A DNA stretch of 64,000 bases, from positions 1-64,000 of the forward strand of contig MU005959.1 in the NCBI GenBank assembly GCA_010093745.1, read 5' to 3'. Every line of letters starts with the position of its first letter. Position 1 is the stretch's first letter. This DNA is from Piedraia hortae CBS 480.64 (Eukaryota). The notes under the pieces are model-generated. The model was not told where the DNA came from and ran no database searches. It saw only the letters and a list, made by a program, of their open reading frames with translations. Shown here in pieces: positions 61,201 to 64,000 of this stretch. The position numbers were made by a program, and so were the translations under genes.

Positions 61201-62616
61201 AGAAGAGGCCGAGTTGGCAGCCAAGATGCCTCTGACAGCGCACATGGAGATTGCTCCTTTGGCAAAAACGGCGACGGGTTGGAAGCCTCTTAGCTTGATG
61301 CAAGGTGCAGGCAACACACCGGATTTAAGTGGTCATATGCCGCCAGAGATGGTACAGCGCAAGGTGAAGGCGGCCTTGAACAAGATGACACCGGAGAACT
61401 TTGAGAAGATTTCAGACGACATCATGGCAATCACCGCACAGTCCAGAAACGAGGCCGACGGTCGTACGTTGCGCCAAGTCCTTCAACTGACGTTTGAGAA
61501 GGCTTGTGACGAGGCTCATTGGGCCGGCATGTATGCCAAGTTTTGCCGAAAAATGATGGACCACATGAGCCACGATATTCATGATGAGAGTATCCGGGAC
61601 AAAGAAGGAAACGTCATCACTGGCGGCCAATTGTTCCGCAAGTACCTCTTGACTCGCTGCCAGGAAGAATTCGAGCGCGGCTGGAAGGTCAATCTCCCAC
61701 AGATGCCCGAGAACGAATCCGAAGTGGCCATGATGTCGGACGAATACTACGCTGCCGCTGCTGCAAAGCGTCGTGGCCTGGGACTCATCCAATTTATCGG
61801 TCAATTGTACAAGCTTAAGATGTTGACGTCCCGCATTATCCACACTTGCGCGTACAAGCTGCTTGACTTTGAAGAACATCCCGATGAGGCATCTGTCGAG
61901 AATTTCACTACCTTGTTACGGACTGTTGGCGCAGCGCTTTCCGAGGAAGAGTCCTTCCGTACCATAATTGACATGTACTTTGAACGGCTAAGCAACCTCT
62001 TTTTGCCCAGCCCTAAGCTGAGCCAACGTGCGAAGTTCATGATTATGGACTTGCAGGATTTGTACAAGTCAGGGTGGAAGGGCACAGCTGACAAGGGTCC
62101 CAAGACGATTAGCGAAATCCGTACCGAAGCTGCGACGGCCCAAGCCAAGGCGGAGGCAGAGAAGGCGCGGACGGGCCAGCGTGGTGGGGGTGGTGGACGG
62201 ATGGGTGGTCGTGGTGATGCTCGTCACATCTCCGGCGTGGGACCACCAGTTGATTATCATAGAACTAACGTTGCTGCCGACGATCTCAGGCGGCTTCAAC
62301 GCGGCACATCTAACCGCACAACAGGCAGCGGGCTTGGTCCAGGTGGAAGTCTAGGCCCCGGTGGCGGATTGATGAGCACGCGCACAGGCAGCCGTCGTGG
62401 ACTCGGCATGTCTGGAGCAAACTCGAGCCGAACAGGCACACCACCTGTCAACGAGAAGAAAGAAGAGCCTGCTCAACAAAATGCATTCAGGTAAGACAGA
62501 TCTCTCTCCAGGAAGATTTGTTGCTAACATGTTGAAGTGCTCTCGCAAGTCTTTCCGGAGACGGGGAAGATATGGAGGCATCGGAACCGGCCAAGTCTCC
62601 ACCAGCAGACTCCTAA
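58250..62616 (+). CDS. TIF4631: Translation initiation factor eIF4G
   Basis: eIF4E-binding motif YDAAFLLQF; MIF4G domain VQRKVKAALNKMTPENF..FEKACDE..CQEEFE..KRRGLGLIQFIGQLYKL. Introns 59156-59209 and 62491-62537. Confidence 0.93.
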
Positions 62617-63069
62617 ACGGCCTTAGATACCCATTTCCTTCTTTACTGTGTTGACACTAATGTTTCCCTTGTGTAATTGTATGGCATGGGCACTGCTTCA
62701 GGAGCATGGGCTACACTTTCGGGCTTTGTTTATTATTAGGTGACAGTGCTGGCGTTGCAATCAAAAAGTTTTGGAATGTCAGATTGAACAGAGAGTTAGC
62801 TGTGGCTACTTTTATTACTGTATCTTTATAGTGGTTTAGGCTTTCAATGTGATAGTGTTGCAGGTACATCGGCTGGGAAGAGCTGCGAAGTCCTTCAAGC
62901 CCACCATTGAAGATGGCATTGAGGTAGGAGTCTTCGAAGATCAAGATTGAATGCAAGTTTGGCTGTATCACTGCAACGTAGTAAAGTTAGTTGAACTCTG
63001 ATAGGAATGCGGGTATATCGACTTGGGAGAGCAAGTCTGTCATTCAAAACTCGAGTTTGGTTAATTCTA

Positions 63070-63974
63070 TCAATGTACTTTCATGGCATCAATTCGTCCT
63101 GTTCCCCGACTGCTAAAGATGGCCATGATGCCGAATCCGACGTAGAACAGCGCAAGTGGATATGCCACTAGACCCCTCATATTCGTCATGCGCCCGACGA
63201 CGCAGAACATGGCAGAGCTGGAGTATGTGCACCAGGCTATAGCCAGCGTGACGAGGGCGTAGCCCGCAAGACTGTCGAGAGGAAGCACGACGCCGAGCCC
63301 GCTGGCAAAAACAAGCGGAAGCAGACAATAGCCCAGCACGGAGCTGCTGCGACCAAACGACAGGGAAGAGCCCCCGTGTACGCTCTGTACATCTTCGCCT
63401 GTTGGGGGGGACGACATCATGGAGAAGATGGAATAAAGAGATGCGGCTCCAAGGGCTGCCAGACCACACACGTAGCCGAACCACAGCTTTCCAGAGAGCA
63501 GTAGAAAGGTGCCGAACAGGGCGCAAAAAAGAAAAGGCCCTGCCAAGTCCGCATCGTCCATGATATTGTTGTCAATTCGCGCCAATGGATTGAGCACAGC
63601 CAATGTCTATTTTCCTCTCCTTAGCCCTTTGGGAGGACGCTCAGTTTGACCTTTGAACAGCTTACCTTTGTCTGAATATGTCTGAAATTAACTCCCAACT
63701 CCTCCAGTAGAGGGGGTTCCCCTTCGTAGCCCTCGGTTCCAAACGCTGCAAGCCAACCCGTCCTCAGTCCACCTCCGGTATTGCTCCCCATCTGCCCACT
63801 AACGCCTCCAAAGCCATAGTTGTCCCCGTACACTCCCGAGCCCGCGCTCGCGCCAAACGATTGCGGCTGTGGGCTTGGGCCATTGATCCCGGACGCAGAC
63901 GGATATGTGGACTGGTAGAAGTTTAGATTATTGACAGCGTATGGCGGGGATGCAGCGTAAGGGTATTGCGACAT
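63070..63974 (-). CDS. YIP1: Yip1 (ER-Golgi trafficking)
   Basis: EPPLLEELGVNFRHIQTK|TLAVLNP across intron 63665-63607; DLAGP and SVLGYCLLPLV. Confidence 0.94.
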
Positions 63975-64000
63975 TGTTTTTTTCCTTCCAGAAACTGCTT

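Overview
Gene-dense eukaryotic DNA from a filamentous ascomycete. Dothideomycete-like origin is an inference from the proteins and the ~45-60 nt GT-AG introns with CTAAC/CTGAC branch sites. About 28 protein genes can be read, mostly housekeeping: TYR1, RPS14, UBC6, PLPBP, GAL1, RIO2, RPN1, PI31, ARC1, IDI1, MCM6, ECHS1-like, RER1, a GT77-like transferase, complex I NUXM, Aquarius/CWF11, a thioesterase, ADE1, CSM3, THOC1, eIF4G and YIP1. There are also C2H2 and homeobox transcription factors and several orphans. Most interesting points: (1) a secreted Cys/Gly polyprotein (3239-5298, spanning an assembly gap) built from 8-Cys 4xCxxC modules and punctuated by Kex2-type KR sites; (2) an snR13-like box C/D snoRNA inside what looks like an intron nested within TYR1 intron 1, with TYR1 sharing a 155-bp divergent promoter with RPS14; (3) repeated abrupt C/A-rich to G/T-rich strand-skew switches every few kb, independent of gene orientation and strong enough to change amino-acid usage. 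No tRNA, rRNA, CRISPR array or intact transposon was recognised. All calls are by eye, with no database searches.
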